A stretch of DNA of 64,000 nucleotides from Planctomycetota bacterium (GTDB taxonomy: Bacteria > Planctomycetota > B15-G4), in NCBI GenBank assembly GCA_038212275.1, contig JBBQUR010000018.1, forward strand, positions 40,987-104,986. The letters are read 5' to 3'. The translations under genes and the position numbers were made by a program. Every line of letters begins with the position of its first letter. The first letter of the stretch is position 1. The notes beneath the pieces are model-generated. The model saw nothing but the letters and a program-made list of their open reading frames with translations. It ran no database searches and was not told the DNA's origin. Positions 18,589-30,600 of the stretch are shown here, in pieces.

Positions 18589-18753
18589 TTACTTCTTCTT
18601 TTCCTTGTGCATGGTGTGCTTGCGCAACCGGGGGCAGTACTTCATCAACTCCAGCTTCCACTGCGCCTTTGCAGGCTTGCGGAGCGTGTAGTTGCGGTCC
18701 CCGGTCTCCGTGCACTCGAGGAAGACAACGATGCTGCTTTTGCCCTTGGCCAT
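18589..18753 (-). CDS. rpmG: 50S ribosomal protein L33
   Basis: Not in ORF track (54 aa): [23 protein letters not shown]...[22 protein letters not shown]. Confidence 0.96.
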   Translation of the reverse strand: MAKGKSSIVVFLECTETGDRNYTLRKPAKAQWKLELMKYCPRLRKHTMHKEKKK

Positions 18754-18759
18754 GACTGA

Positions 18760-19959
<1,200 letters not shown>

Positions 19960-20121
19960 GTGGCCTACTTCTCCTTCAGCCCTGCGCGCACCGGCCGGTG
20001 CACGAGGTGTGGTCTGGACTGTCTGGGTTGAATCTTTCGTGTCCACGACGGCCGTCGGGCCGAAGGGCGCTCAGTAAGTTCGTGCTGATTGTTCGTCGGT
20101 ACGTCGTGCGTGGCTGGCCGC

Positions 20122-20196
20122 TGGAGCTGCTGATGGGATTCGAACCCATGACCTCGTCCTTACCAAGGACGTGCTCTACCCCTGAGCCACAGCAGC
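20122..20196 (-). tRNA. tRNA-Thr (GGT)
   Basis: Cloverleaf with anticodon stem CGTCC/GGACG, loop TTGGTAA, 3' CCA. Confidence 0.96.
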
Positions 20197-20235
20197 CCGT
20201 GTGTATCTGTCCTGACTCGCGGCTGCCATCACCGC

Positions 20236-20309
20236 TGGAGCGGGTGATGGGAATCGAACCCACGTGACCAGCTTGGAAGGCTGGCGCTCTACCATTGAGC
20301 TACACCCGC
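20236..20309 (-). tRNA. tRNA-Gly (TCC)
   Basis: GCGGGTGTAGCTCAATGGTAGAGC, loop CTTCCAA, 3' CCA. Confidence 0.96.
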
Positions 20310-20428
20310 GTGTCCGGGGCCGTCCGTCGCTCGCTCCGTAGTGTCCGACCTCCTCGTCCTGGCCTGCTGTGCTTTGATGCTGATGTTCGGTCTGCGCGGG
20401 TCGCGCGTCGCGCGCGTTGCCGGCCGTA

Positions 20429-20513
20429 TGGTGGGTGGAGCAGGATTCGAACCTGCGTAGGCGAAGCCAACGGGTTTACAGCCCGTCCCCTTTAGCCACT
20501 CGGGCATCCACCC
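20429..20513 (-). tRNA. tRNA-Tyr (GTA)
   Basis: GGGTGGATGCCCGAGTGG, loop CTGTAAA, long variable arm, 3' CCA. Confidence 0.96.
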
Positions 20514-20677
20514 CGGTCTTGGGTGCTCTCAGGGTTGCTGCTGCTGATGATCCGTAGCGTTCGGCTCCTGCTGCACTGCCTGTCCCGGACAGCCTTCACC
20601 GCCCTGCGCCTCATCGGTTGCGAGTTCTGCGCACCCTCTTGCCAGACTGCAGCTCCGTGTGCCGCATCGCAGCTGCC

Positions 20678-20753
20678 TGGAGCTAGCGATGGGACTCGAA
20701 CCCACAACCTCCGGTTTACAAAACCGGAGCTCTGCCAATTGAGCTACGCCAGC
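20678..20753 (-). tRNA. tRNA-Thr (TGT)
   Basis: GCTGGCGTAGCTCAATTGGCAGAGC, loop TTTGTAA, 3' CCA; completes the canonical Thr-Tyr-Gly-Thr-tuf order. Confidence 0.96.
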
Positions 20754-20804
20754 GCTCTCGCTATCCGCGCAGGGAAGGATTTTGACCTTCCGAGAAAAGG
20801 GGGG

Positions 20805-20833
20805 ATCGTAGCGATGCCCGAGGGGTGCGTCAA
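20805..20833 (-). promoter_or_regulatory. sigma70 promoter of the tRNA-tuf operon
   Basis: Minus strand TTGACG-N17-TACGAT followed by a C-rich discriminator-like tract. Confidence 0.8.
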
Positions 20834-20841
20834 CCACCGCT

Positions 20842-22047
20842 TCATGGCACTTTCCGGCGATTCGCTGCACTCGTGCTGCGCCGCCGGACGGATCTCCCGA
20901 AGCGCCGCGCGATGAGGCGGCGCTGGCCTCCCAGGGCATGTCGCACTTCGGCCCAGGTGTCGCCACCCGTCTTCTCGAGCAGGGCGTCCAGGACGACCAG
21001 TGCAAGCATCGCCTCTCCCACCACGCTGGCGGCCGGCACCGAGGTGACGTCCGAACGCTCGAAGAAGGCCTGCGCCGGCTCGCCGCGCTGGTAGTCCCAC
21101 GAGGCGAGCGGTCGCGCCAGCGTGGGGATCGGTTTCATCCACGCGCGCGCCACCAGCACCTCGCCATTGCTCATGCCCGCTTCCAGGCCACCGGCTCGAT
21201 TCGAAAGTCGAGTCGGTCCCGAGGAGCCCGGCCGCCCGACGGCATCGTGAACCCGGCTGCCGCGCCCCGACGCGCCCGCCACTCCGTCGCCGAGTTCGAC
21301 GGCCTTGATGGCCGGGATGGACAGCAGCGCCGCACCGAGCCGACTGTCCAGGCGCGAACCGAAGTCCTCCAGCGAGCCCAGCCCTGCCGGCACTCCGAAG
21401 GCCAGCACCTCGAAACGGCCACCCAGCGTGTCACCTGCGCGCCGCGCCGCCAGCACGGCGTGCTTGAAGCGCCCTTCCAGGGAAGCATCCAGTGTGAAGA
21501 AATCCGACGCATCCCGCCGACGCCGTAGCGCGGGCAGTGCCCTGGCAGCCACGGCGGAGGCACGAGGCTTGCCGACGACGCCTCCCAGCTCCAGCACGTG
21601 CGCGAGCGTCTCGATGCCGAGCCTTTGAAGAAAGGACGCCGCCAGCGCGCCGGCCGCCACGCGGGCGGCGGTCTCACGCGCCGAGGCGCGCTCCAGCACG
21701 GGCCGCATGTCCAGCAGGCCGTATTTCTGCGCCCCGGCCAGGTCGCCGTGCCCGGGGCGGGGGCGATGCAGGGCGGGCCTTGCGGCCAGCGAGTCGTCGC
21801 GATTCCAGACGGCGAGGAGCAGGGGCGCGCCGGTCGTCCGGCCGCGGTGCACGCCGGCCAGGACATCCACCCGATCGCGCTCGAGTTGCTGACGTGAGGA
21901 ACGGCCGAATCCACCCTGACGGCGGGCCAGCCATCCGTCGATGAAGGGCGCATCGAAGGGCACGCCCGCGGGAAAACCACTCACCCGGGCAAAGATGCCG
22001 CGACCGTGCGACTCGCCCGCCGTCTGGACGGACAGCCGCCTCAGCAC
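20842..22047 (-). CDS. aroC: Chorismate synthase
   Basis: TAGESHG, RPRPGHGDL, ERASARETAARVAAGA, NRAGGLEAGMSNG, KPIPTL, ERSD; start GTG 22047. Confidence 0.96.
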   Translation of the reverse strand: MLRRLSVQTAGESHGRGIFARVSGFPAGVPFDAPFIDGWLARRQGGFGRSSRQQLERDRVDVLAGVHRGRTTGAPLLLAVWNRDDSLAARPALHRPRPGHGDLAGAQKYGLLDMRPVLERASARETAARVAAGALAASFLQRLGIETLAHVLELGGVVGKPRASAVAARALPALRRRRDASDFFTLDASLEGRFKHAVLAARRAGDTLGGRFEVLAFGVPAGLGSLEDFGSRLDSRLGAALLSIPAIKAVELGDGVAGASGRGSRVHDAVGRPGSSGPTRLSNRAGGLEAGMSNGEVLVARAWMKPIPTLARPLASWDYQRGEPAQAFFERSDVTSVPAASVVGEAMLALVVLDALLEKTGGDTWAEVRHALGGQRRLIARRFGRSVRRRSTSAANRRKVP

Positions 22048-22664
22048 GGGGACAGCGGGGCGGCCGAGGTGTGCACGGCCCCCGCCACCGCAGCTGCCGT
22101 GTCGTGGCCTGGCCGTGCCGGGACCTGATGGCGCGCCGGGGCGCCGTGACCGGCCTTCGCTTCGCGCAGGATCGGCGTGCCGGGCCACCCCAGAAAGAGC
22201 CATTGCGGAGCAAGCGCAAGGGTGAGGCAGGGAGCCGCGCTGCATCCGGACGCGCTGCTGGCGTCATCGCTCCGGCTGACCTCGCTGCGAGTGATCGCCG
22301 CGAAGAGCGTCTGCACATCCGCCAGCAGTCGCTCGAGTTCGAAAGGCTTGCGGAGCACCCCGACGATGCCTGGCTCCGCGAGGATCGCGCGCTCCGTTGG
22401 CACATCGAGAAAGGCGGACATGAGCAGGAAGGGCGCGCTCAGGCCTCGCGACTCGGCTTCGCGCAGCAGCTCGAGTCCCGTCATGCCGGGCATCGTCATG
22501 TCGGTGAGCACCAGAGCGATGCCGCCGCGCTCCATGCGCTGCAATGCCGACGGGCCATCCAGGGCGATGTCCGTGGTCAAACCATCGCGCGTGAGGACGG
22601 CGCACACGAGCCGCGCCACGGAAGGATCATCATCGACCACGAGCACCGATCGATTCGCGCCCAC
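22041..22664 (-). CDS. Response-regulator receiver-domain protein with a low-complexity C-terminal tail
   Basis: VLVVDDD, LTDMTMPGMTG, SA, KPF; GAGGAG RBS before GTG 22664. Confidence 0.85.
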   Translation of the reverse strand: MGANRSVLVVDDDPSVARLVCAVLTRDGLTTDIALDGPSALQRMERGGIALVLTDMTMPGMTGLELLREAESRGLSAPFLLMSAFLDVPTERAILAEPGIVGVLRKPFELERLLADVQTLFAAITRSEVSRSDDASSASGCSAAPCLTLALAPQWLFLGWPGTPILREAKAGHGAPARHQVPARPGHDTAAAVAGAVHTSAAPLSPC

Positions 22665-22861
22665 TCGCCCTCCTCGCGCACCCGGCGAACTGTCCGGGGC
22701 GATCCTTGCATCTGAACATGCTGCCGCCCGCCAGTCCACCTGCACGGCGTGGCGTCGGCCCCCGCCGCGCTCACCCCCTTGAGGACGTGAAGCCCTCGCC
22801 CGGCCCGCCTGCAGCTGCGGGCTGCTACGATCGCAGGCTCCTTCCTGCACCGGAGTGATCC

Positions 22862-24007
22862 GTGAGATTCGGTACCAAGGCCATCCATGCCGGGCAGCAC
22901 CCGGATCCGACCACCGGCGCGATCATGACGCCGATCTACTGCACTTCGACCTACGTGCAGGAGTACCCCGCCGTCGTGAAGGACGGCTACGACTACAGCC
23001 GCGGCAAGAACCCCACGCGAACTGCGCTGCAGGACAACCTCGCGGCGCTGGAGGGAGGCAGCCACGGCCTGTGCTTCAGCAGCGGCCTCTCCGCCATCCA
23101 CGCCCTGCTCTCCACGCTGTCGCCCGGAGATCGCGTGGTCTGCGGCAACGACCTCTACGGCGGAACGTTCCGGCTCTTCCGCCGCGTGTTCGCGCCCTAC
23201 GGCCTGAAGTTCGACATCGTCGACACGACCGATCTCGACGCGACCGCGGGCGCGCTGGAGCAGCCCTGCAAGTTGCTCTGGCTGGAAACGCCGACCAATC
23301 CGATGCTGCGCGTGACCGACCTCGCCGCGGTTGCCGCGCTGGGACATCGCGCCGGCGCGCTCGTCGCCTGCGACAACACCTTCGCGTCGCCTTTCCTGCA
23401 GCAGCCGCTCTCGCTCGGCTGCGACGTCGTCATGCACAGCGTGACCAAGTATCTCGGCGGCCACAGCGACGTCGTGCTCGGCGCACTCGTGCTCAACGAC
23501 GCCGCACTGGCCGAGCGACTCGCCTTCGTGCAGATGGCGGTGGGCGCGGTTCCGGGCCCGATGGACTGCTTCCTCGTGCTGCGCGGAACGAAGACGCTGC
23601 ACCTCCGCATGGAGCGGCACTGCAGCAATGCGCGGGCCGTGGCGCAGCACCTCGTGCGCCATCCGCGCGTGGCGCGCGTCTTCTACCCGGGGCTCCCCGA
23701 GCATCCCGGCCACGCCGTCGCCAGGCGGCAGATGCGCGACTTCGGCGGCATGCTGTCCTTCGTGCTCAAGGGCTCGGTCGAGGACGGCATGCGCTTCACC
23801 AGCAAGACGAAGGTCTTCTCACTGGCGGAGAGTCTGGGAGGCGTGGAGTCGCTCATCGAGCACCCGCCATCGATGACGCACGCGTCGATCCCGGCGGAGC
23901 AGCGTCGCGCGGCGGGGCTCGAGGACGGACTCATCCGACTCTCGGTCGGCGTGGAGGACGTGGAGGATCTGCTCGAGGACCTCGATCAGGCGTTCAAGTC
24001 CACCTGA
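22862..24007 (+). CDS. Cystathionine gamma-lyase/synthase (Cys/Met metabolism PLP enzyme)
   Basis: YSRGKNPTR, ETPTNP, DNTF, HSVTKYLGGHSD, AESLGGVESL, RLSVG. Confidence 0.95.
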   Translation: MRFGTKAIHAGQHPDPTTGAIMTPIYCTSTYVQEYPAVVKDGYDYSRGKNPTRTALQDNLAALEGGSHGLCFSSGLSAIHALLSTLSPGDRVVCGNDLYGGTFRLFRRVFAPYGLKFDIVDTTDLDATAGALEQPCKLLWLETPTNPMLRVTDLAAVAALGHRAGALVACDNTFASPFLQQPLSLGCDVVMHSVTKYLGGHSDVVLGALVLNDAALAERLAFVQMAVGAVPGPMDCFLVLRGTKTLHLRMERHCSNARAVAQHLVRHPRVARVFYPGLPEHPGHAVARRQMRDFGGMLSFVLKGSVEDGMRFTSKTKVFSLAESLGGVESLIEHPPSMTHASIPAEQRRAAGLEDGLIRLSVGVEDVEDLLEDLDQAFKST

Positions 24008-24016
24008 ACGCGGTGA

Positions 24017-24325
24017 TCAGTCGTCGTCCCCCGCGGTCGAGGCAGGGCTCTGCGTCGTGACGCACTCGCGCATCACGCGGCCGACCTTGAACTTCACGAC
24101 ATTCTTGGGCGGCACCGAGACCTTCTCGAGTGTGCGCGGATTCTGAGCCCTTCTCGCGCGGCGCGGCTTGACCTCGAAGACACCGAAATCGCGGAACTCC
24201 AGCCGGTTGCCCGCGGCGAGCTCTCGAACGATCTCGTCCAGGAACAGCTGGATGATGTCCTTGGTCACGACCTTCGTCTGGCCGGTGCGTTCGGCGATCC
24301 GGTTGACGAGGTCCTTCTTGGTCAC
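24017..24325 (-). CDS. IHF/HU-family DNA-binding protein (start uncertain)
   Basis: TKKDLVNRIA...RLEFRDFGVFEV...AQNPRT...VKFKVG. Confidence 0.92.
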   Translation of the reverse strand: MTKKDLVNRIAERTGQTKVVTKDIIQLFLDEIVRELAAGNRLEFRDFGVFEVKPRRARRAQNPRTLEKVSVPPKNVVKFKVGRVMRECVTTQSPASTAGDDD

Positions 24326-24526
24326 TGTGCCGGGGGCTGAAAGACCCGGCTCCCCCGCCGCCGACGGTTCGTGGCCACCCGCCCTGGGACTGCTCTGTGC
24401 ACCTGCCTTGAAGTTGGCGCTCACTACCGGTGCTGCTCCATCCGGGGCTGGGCCGCAGATCCCTCGTCCGGCTGCGACAAACTCCTGCCGCTGCGTGACA
24501 TGCGACCCACCCATCACTCCCGGGCG

Positions 24527-24554
24527 AGCATAGCTGCTGGCAAGTACTTGTCAA
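24527..24554 (-). promoter_or_regulatory. sigma70 promoter with overlapping palindrome upstream of IHF/HU
   Basis: Minus strand TTGACA-N16-TATGCT; palindrome CAAGTACTTG at 24541-24550. Confidence 0.65.
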
Positions 24555-24562
24555 GCAAGCGG

Positions 24563-25045
24563 TTAGGACGTCGCTGCGGGATCTTCGGCGCGGCCGCCGG
24601 GGCGCTGACGGCTGTCCAGAACCACCGTGAAAGGCCCGGCATTCACGAGGTCCACGGCCATGTCGGCGCCAAAGCGCCCCTCGGCCACGGTGTGACCTGC
24701 CTCGCGCAGCCGACGACCCAGGATGTCGATCAGCACCCGTGCCTCCGCAGGTGGAGCCGCGCCGGAGAAGGACGGTCGTCGGCCCTGGCGCCAGTCGGCT
24801 GCCAGCGTGAACTGCGGCACGAGCAGCACCGCCCCTCCGATGTCCGCGAGGGCGAGATTCGTCTTGCCGGCCGCATCTTCGAAGACGCGCAGGGCGGAGA
24901 TCTTGTCCGCGAGCCAGAGGGCGTCGTCCGCGAGGTCGCCTCTCAGCGCACCGGCCAGCAGGCACACGCCCACACCGATGGCGCCGACCGTCTCGCCTCG
25001 CACGTCCACCGAGGCGCGCGAAACGCGCTGCAGCACGACGATCAC
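24563..25045 (-). CDS. dtd: D-aminoacyl-tRNA deacylase
   Basis: LQRVSRASV, PQFTL, GRRPSF, FGADMAVDLVNAGPFT. Confidence 0.96.
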   Translation of the reverse strand: MIVVLQRVSRASVDVRGETVGAIGVGVCLLAGALRGDLADDALWLADKISALRVFEDAAGKTNLALADIGGAVLLVPQFTLAADWRQGRRPSFSGAAPPAEARVLIDILGRRLREAGHTVAEGRFGADMAVDLVNAGPFTVVLDSRQRPGGRAEDPAATS

Positions 25046-25063
25046 GCGACGCTCACGCGCACG

Positions 25064-26065
25064 TCATGCGTGGGCCGGGCGCCCGGCCAGGCCGACCGCC
25101 TCGCGGGCGCGGGCGACCACCGCCTGCGCCTCGGCGCGTGCGCGCCGGCCGCCGTCGCCGAGGATCTGCTCCAGCGCGTCGGGATCGGAGGCCAGTTGTC
25201 GCCGCCGTTCCCGCGCCGCACCGAAGCGCTCGTCGATGGCTGCGAGCAGCGCCTTCTTGGCGTCGCCGTAGCCGTAGCCGCCGCGGCGCAGCGCGTCGGC
25301 CATGTCCGCAGCCGCCTCGGGCTGCGCCACCAGCCTGTACAGCTGGTACACGCTGCACGTGTCGGGATCCTTCGGCTCGTCGACGCCGCGACTGTCCGTC
25401 TTCATGGACATGACCGCCTGCTTCAGCTGCTTTCCCTCGGCGAACAAGTCGATCGTGTTGCCGTAGGACTTGGACATTTTCTGGCCGTCGGTGCCGGGCA
25501 CCACCTCCGCCCGCTCAGCCAGCCGCGCGACGGGCCGCCTGAACACCTCGCGACCGTACGCCGCGTGAAAGGCATCGGCGATGTCGCGCGCCATCTCGAG
25601 GTGCTGCACCTGGTCCTTTCCGACGGGCACCACGTCGCTGTCGCAGGCGAGAATGTCCGCGGCCATCAGGACCGGATAGAAGAAAAGCCCGCTTCGCGGC
25701 GCGATGCCGCGGGCCAGCTTGTCCTTGTACGACGTCGCGCGCTCGAGAAGCCCCATCGGCGTCACCGTGGAGAGAAGCCAGGTGAGTTCACACACCTCGG
25801 GCACATCGGACTGCCGGAAGAAAGTGGCCCTGGCCGGGTCGAGGCCCAGCGCAAGGTAGTCGAGGGCCACGTCGCGCACCCACTCCGCGAGCTTCGCGCG
25901 GTCCTGCACGGTGGTGAGCGCGTGGTAGTCAGCGATGAAGTAGAAGGCCGAGCCCTCGTCCTGCAGCGCGATGTGCTGCTGCATCGCACCGAAGTAGTTG
26001 CCGAGATGCAGCTTGCCGCTCGGTTGCACGCCCGACAGGATGCGGGGCTTGCGCGGGGTGCTCAT
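25064..26065 (-). CDS. trpS: Tryptophanyl-tRNA synthetase
   Basis: SGVQPSGKLHLGN, YPVLMAADIL, VPVGKDQVQH, KMSKS. Confidence 0.98.
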   Translation of the reverse strand: MSTPRKPRILSGVQPSGKLHLGNYFGAMQQHIALQDEGSAFYFIADYHALTTVQDRAKLAEWVRDVALDYLALGLDPARATFFRQSDVPEVCELTWLLSTVTPMGLLERATSYKDKLARGIAPRSGLFFYPVLMAADILACDSDVVPVGKDQVQHLEMARDIADAFHAAYGREVFRRPVARLAERAEVVPGTDGQKMSKSYGNTIDLFAEGKQLKQAVMSMKTDSRGVDEPKDPDTCSVYQLYRLVAQPEAAADMADALRRGGYGYGDAKKALLAAIDERFGAARERRRQLASDPDALEQILGDGGRRARAEAQAVVARAREAVGLAGRPAHA

Positions 26066-26090
26066 CGGATCGGGCGGCACCGGCGCACGC

Positions 26091-27509
26091 TCAGGTCGAG
26101 CTCTGCACGAGACCGACGTAGCGCCGGAATCGCTGCAGCAGCAGGCTGGGTCGCCGCAACTCGCGCAGGATGCGCGACGGGCGCATGTAGAAGCTGCGAT
26201 ACGCCTTGCGGATGGCCGCAGAGACCTGGGCGTCGCTCATCGCCTGCGCCACACCCACGGGCGTCGTGCCGCTGAACTTGCTGAAGTCGAAGTCCTGCTC
26301 ACGCGCAGCACGCGATTCCTTGTACAGCTTGGTATCGGGGTAGGGCGTGACGGCGGTGAACTGCACGGTGTCCGGGTTGAGGAACACGGCGAGATCCATC
26401 GTCTGCTGCGCCATGTCCGGCGTTTCCTCCGGGAAACCCAGCATGAAGAAGGCCCGCGTCGCGATGCCGTGGCGCCTGGCCGCGTCCACGACGATGCGCG
26501 CGTGCTCGTGCGTCTTGATCTTGCCGCGGCTGTATTTCTTCTGCAGTTCCTCGTTTCCGGACTCCACGCCGAAGGACACCGACACGCAGCCGGCGCGCGC
26601 CATCGCGGCCAGCAACTCCTCGTCCAGCGTCTTGATCGCCGTCTCGCACTGCCAGCGCAGGTCGAGGTCGGCGGCCGTGAGCAGCCCGCACAACTCGAGC
26701 AGGCGTTCGCGACTGCTGGCGAACAGAGGGTCGCGGAAAACCACGTTTCGCACGCCCAGTACCTGCCGGATGTGGCGCAGTTCCTCGAAGACGTTCTGCG
26801 CCGAGCGTCCGCGCCACGGAATGCCCTGCGCGACGACGTAGCCGCAGTAGGTGCAGTTGATCGGACAACCGCGCGAGCTGGCCACCGTCTGGATGGGGCC
26901 GTCCATGGTCGGGATGCGGTAGGTCTCGAGCGGCAGCAGGTGGCGGGCCGGGAGCGGCAGCGCATCGAGCGCGTCTCCCTTGAGCAGCGGGCGGTCCGCG
27001 TTGTGGACGACCTCCTCGCCGCGCCTGACCGAGAGGCCGGCCACCGCCAGCGGGTCGGCTCCTGCGGCCAGCGCCGCCACGAACTCGGCCACCGTGTGCT
27101 CGGGCTCGCCGCGCACCACGGCATCCACGCGCGAGTGGTGCATGGCCATGTCGGGCACCTTGCTGCCCTGGCTCCCGGTGATGAAGGTGAGCGTGCCGGG
27201 CGCGCGTTCCTTGATGCGATCGACGAGCTTGAGGTCGAGTTCGATCGTGGCGCTGCTCGTCGCGAGGCCCACCACCGGCGGGACGCTGGCGCCGATCCCT
27301 TCCAGCACCTGATCCACGCTCAGGCCCGTGCCCTCGGCGTCCACCACCGTCACGTGGTGGCCGTCGCGCTCCAGCATGGCGGCCACGTAGAGCAGGTCGA
27401 GCGGCGGGTAGCAGAGCCCCTCGCCCACCACCATGCCGAATCCGCCCATCAGGCCTCGCGAGACGCGCTGGCTGGGGGGCGGCGGCGGGTTGATCAGCAG
27501 GATGTCCAT
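26091..27509 (-). CDS. B12-binding-domain radical SAM protein (HpnJ-like architecture)
   Basis: PPLDLLYVAAML, RGEPE, SSRGCPINCTYC (CxxxCxxC), GVESG, FMLGFPEET; GGAG RBS before ATG 27509. Confidence 0.9.
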   Translation of the reverse strand: MDILLINPPPPPSQRVSRGLMGGFGMVVGEGLCYPPLDLLYVAAMLERDGHHVTVVDAEGTGLSVDQVLEGIGASVPPVVGLATSSATIELDLKLVDRIKERAPGTLTFITGSQGSKVPDMAMHHSRVDAVVRGEPEHTVAEFVAALAAGADPLAVAGLSVRRGEEVVHNADRPLLKGDALDALPLPARHLLPLETYRIPTMDGPIQTVASSRGCPINCTYCGYVVAQGIPWRGRSAQNVFEELRHIRQVLGVRNVVFRDPLFASSRERLLELCGLLTAADLDLRWQCETAIKTLDEELLAAMARAGCVSVSFGVESGNEELQKKYSRGKIKTHEHARIVVDAARRHGIATRAFFMLGFPEETPDMAQQTMDLAVFLNPDTVQFTAVTPYPDTKLYKESRAAREQDFDFSKFSGTTPVGVAQAMSDAQVSAAIRKAYRSFYMRPSRILRELRRPSLLLQRFRRYVGLVQSST

Positions 27510-27686
27510 GGGTCTCCGCATGTTATCACCGACACGGCACTGCCGACGCCGCACGGGACGCCCCTGCGCATCCTGCGCCACGAACTTGAGCGTCGCAAGC
27601 TGCTGTTCAGGCGCGACTTGCCTGCAATCGGCTGATCGGGGAGCCGAACAGGGCGCTGCACCAGTGACGCACAGCGAGGACCTGAA

Positions 27687-30600
27687 GTGAACGACGCCAA
27701 TAACGGCAGGCCCGTGCCCGGGCAGCCGCACACGCATGCGCCTGAAGGATCGGCACCCCGGCGCCGGCCGGGTATCCCGCACCTCGTGGCCGGGGCCATC
27801 CCCTGCGCGATCGGTCTCGTGCTGATCCTGGCGGGCGTCGATGCGCCGTCCCGCGATCGCGGCGCCGGCCCCTCAAACCTCCAGCGCTCGGAGGCTGCCG
27901 CCGCGGTGGCGACGCCGAGTCGTGACGAGCTGCCGCAGCCCGGCTTCACCATGCCGCGGCTGGAAGCCGAGTTCGCCGACCGGCATGGGCCGGTGGCGCT
28001 CGGCGGCGACATCGTCCTCGAGGGGCTCCGTGACCAGGAGCCCTCGGCAGAACTCGACGTCAAGCAGCAGAACAGCGTCGACAAGCTGTTGTCCAAGATC
28101 GCGAAGCAGGAAACCAAGATCAGCACCAAGCAGGAGCAGATCGCGACCTACGACGCGGAGCTCGCCCTCGCGCAGCAGGCGCTGCTCGATGCGGAGGCCC
28201 TGCCGCAAAGCACCCCCGCCGAGATCAAGGCCAGGGACAAGGCCATCAAGAAGGCCCATGCCGCGCTGCTCAAGTGGCAGAAGAAGATCGACAAGGCCAA
28301 CGCCAAGATCGATGTCTCCGAAGGCAAGATCGTCAGCTACCAGGCGCAGATCGAGGAGCTCGATCCAGGGAATGATGCAGCGGGCGGGGACCCGGGCGAT
28401 GAAACGCCGCCACCCGATCAGGACGGCAATGGCGACGACGGCCAGAGCACCCCCAGCGGCGGCGTGGTCTCCGTGCCGCTCATCGTGAAGGAAGCGCTGC
28501 CGTCGGGCATCACCGGCCTCACGCGCACGGGGGCGATCTCCACCTTCGGCATTCCGTTCGCGGAGTCCGACCAGGTCGGTACCGTGAACGGACGCCCCGC
28601 ACTTTCGGTGCTCAACTCCGAGACCTGGCAATTCCGCGCACTGGCCACCTGGCCGAGCGGCTACGTCAAGTGGGCGCTGGTAGACGTCGCCGCGGACGTG
28701 CCCGCGGGCGGCGCCAACACCTCGCTCGAGATCCTCAACGGGGTGGGACGCTCGAGCCCCGACGACATCGCCTTCGACAACGGCAACCTGATCACCGTGA
28801 ACACGGGCGATCTCGTGATGCAGATCAGCAAGACGGGCTTCGACGTCTTCCACCAGGTCTGGGTCGGCGGCACGCAGATCGTGGCCGCGGGTGCGAGCGG
28901 CGGCATCGTCGGGGTCGCGGTCGACGGCACGACGCTCATCGTGCCCAAGCCCGGCTCGGTGACGGTGGTCGTCGAGGAGAACGGCCCCGCACGCGCCGTG
29001 GTGCGCGCCGACGGCATGCTGCACACGCTCTCCGGCCAGGACCTTTTCGACTTCACCTGCCGCATCATCGCGCGCGCAGGCAGCAACGACGTGCAGGTGG
29101 ATTTCACCGTGCGCAACGCGAACATCAACATGCCGCATCACGTGGTCATCGACAGCCTCGGCATCGTGACCCGGGTGACCACCGGCGCCGACGCCGTGGC
29201 GACACTGAGCAAGCACAACGGCCCCTTGACCTCGCCGATGGCGCCGTCGGACTCGATCTTCCTGCACCAGGCGCAGAGCTCCGCCTACGCGTACAACACG
29301 GTCTACACGATGCTGGGCCAGGACGGTTATCAGATCGTGAAGAACGGCACGCCGCTCTACGCGCTCGGTGACAAGACGAAATACCCCCTGCACGGCTACG
29401 CCGACCTGACCGGCGCCACGGGCGGCGTCACCGTCGCGTACAAGGACATGCCATACAAGTCGCCCGCATCACTGGAGATGTTCGGCAACGGCGATGTGCT
29501 GGCCGGTCTGTTCTCGTCGAAGCACGAGCCCGGACACTTCTGGACCTTCACCTGGCGCCAGCATGAGAGCCGCACCGTCAGCTTCTCATTCCATGCGGGC
29601 CAGGGCGGCAATCCCGCCGCGGTGGCGACGGCCCTCGACCTGCCCGTCGTCGGACGCGCCGCGGACTACCTGCAGTACGACCGCACGAAGGTGCTGCCTT
29701 ACCGCCTGGTCACTCTTGCGCAGGAGAACCAGGCCTTCGCCGCGATGGGCCTGAACTATTCGGTCAGCGTGCACAACCTGTATCAGGTGGTGACCCGCTA
29801 CCTCTACGCGCACGAGACCGGCGGCAACAACAACCACGACAGCGTCGAGCGCCAGCTCGGAGGCGAGTGGTTGCGGCAGGGTTATGGCGGGCAATACCTC
29901 ACGGGCCTGGATCTCGCTCTCTACAAGAGCGAGTGGCAGATCCGGCGCAGCGACAACTTCCTCGACAAGAACGATCCCGGACCGGCCAACCCGGAACTTC
30001 CGCACGAGTCCGGCTTCGAAGGCGACTACGAACATCGCTACCTCGACGGCATCATCCTTGCGTACTGGCTCACCGGAGACCCCCGCTTTCGCGACGCGCT
30101 CTTCGACGACGGCGAGATCCTCAACCACCTCTACTTCTATGCGCAGGAGCGCGGCATGGTGCAGAGCCTGCGCGCGATCGCGCTGGTCGGAGAGTTCACG
30201 GGCGACCCGGGCGGCCTGCTCAAGGCCGAGCTGAAGGCCTGGCTGCAGACGTACTGCACCAAGATCGTCGACATCACCGTGCCGGACCCGTACCTGATCG
30301 GCTGGGGCTGGCAGGCAGCGCCCGGCCAGGGTACGCGTCGATTCTTCGCGACCAACGTGGGTGCGAACTCCGCACCGCCTCAGGGCGAGAACTACACGTC
30401 ACGCGGTTTCTTCGCCGCCAGCCTCGCGCCGCTCGGGATGTATCACGCCGCGCGCTGGCTCGGCACCGCCGATCCGCAGGGAGCGCTCGCACGCGCACGC
30501 CTCTCGGACCTTGCCTACTTCACGCGCGAGGAGCTCTATCCCTACAAGGCAAATCCGGCTGCGCGCTACCTCACCTACAACTACGGCATGAACAGCAAGC

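Noticed and set aside
22041..22300. C-terminal tail of the receiver protein as a novel output domain
   Set aside because: Low-complexity, non-protein-like sequence; more likely stop-codon drift up to the aroC start.
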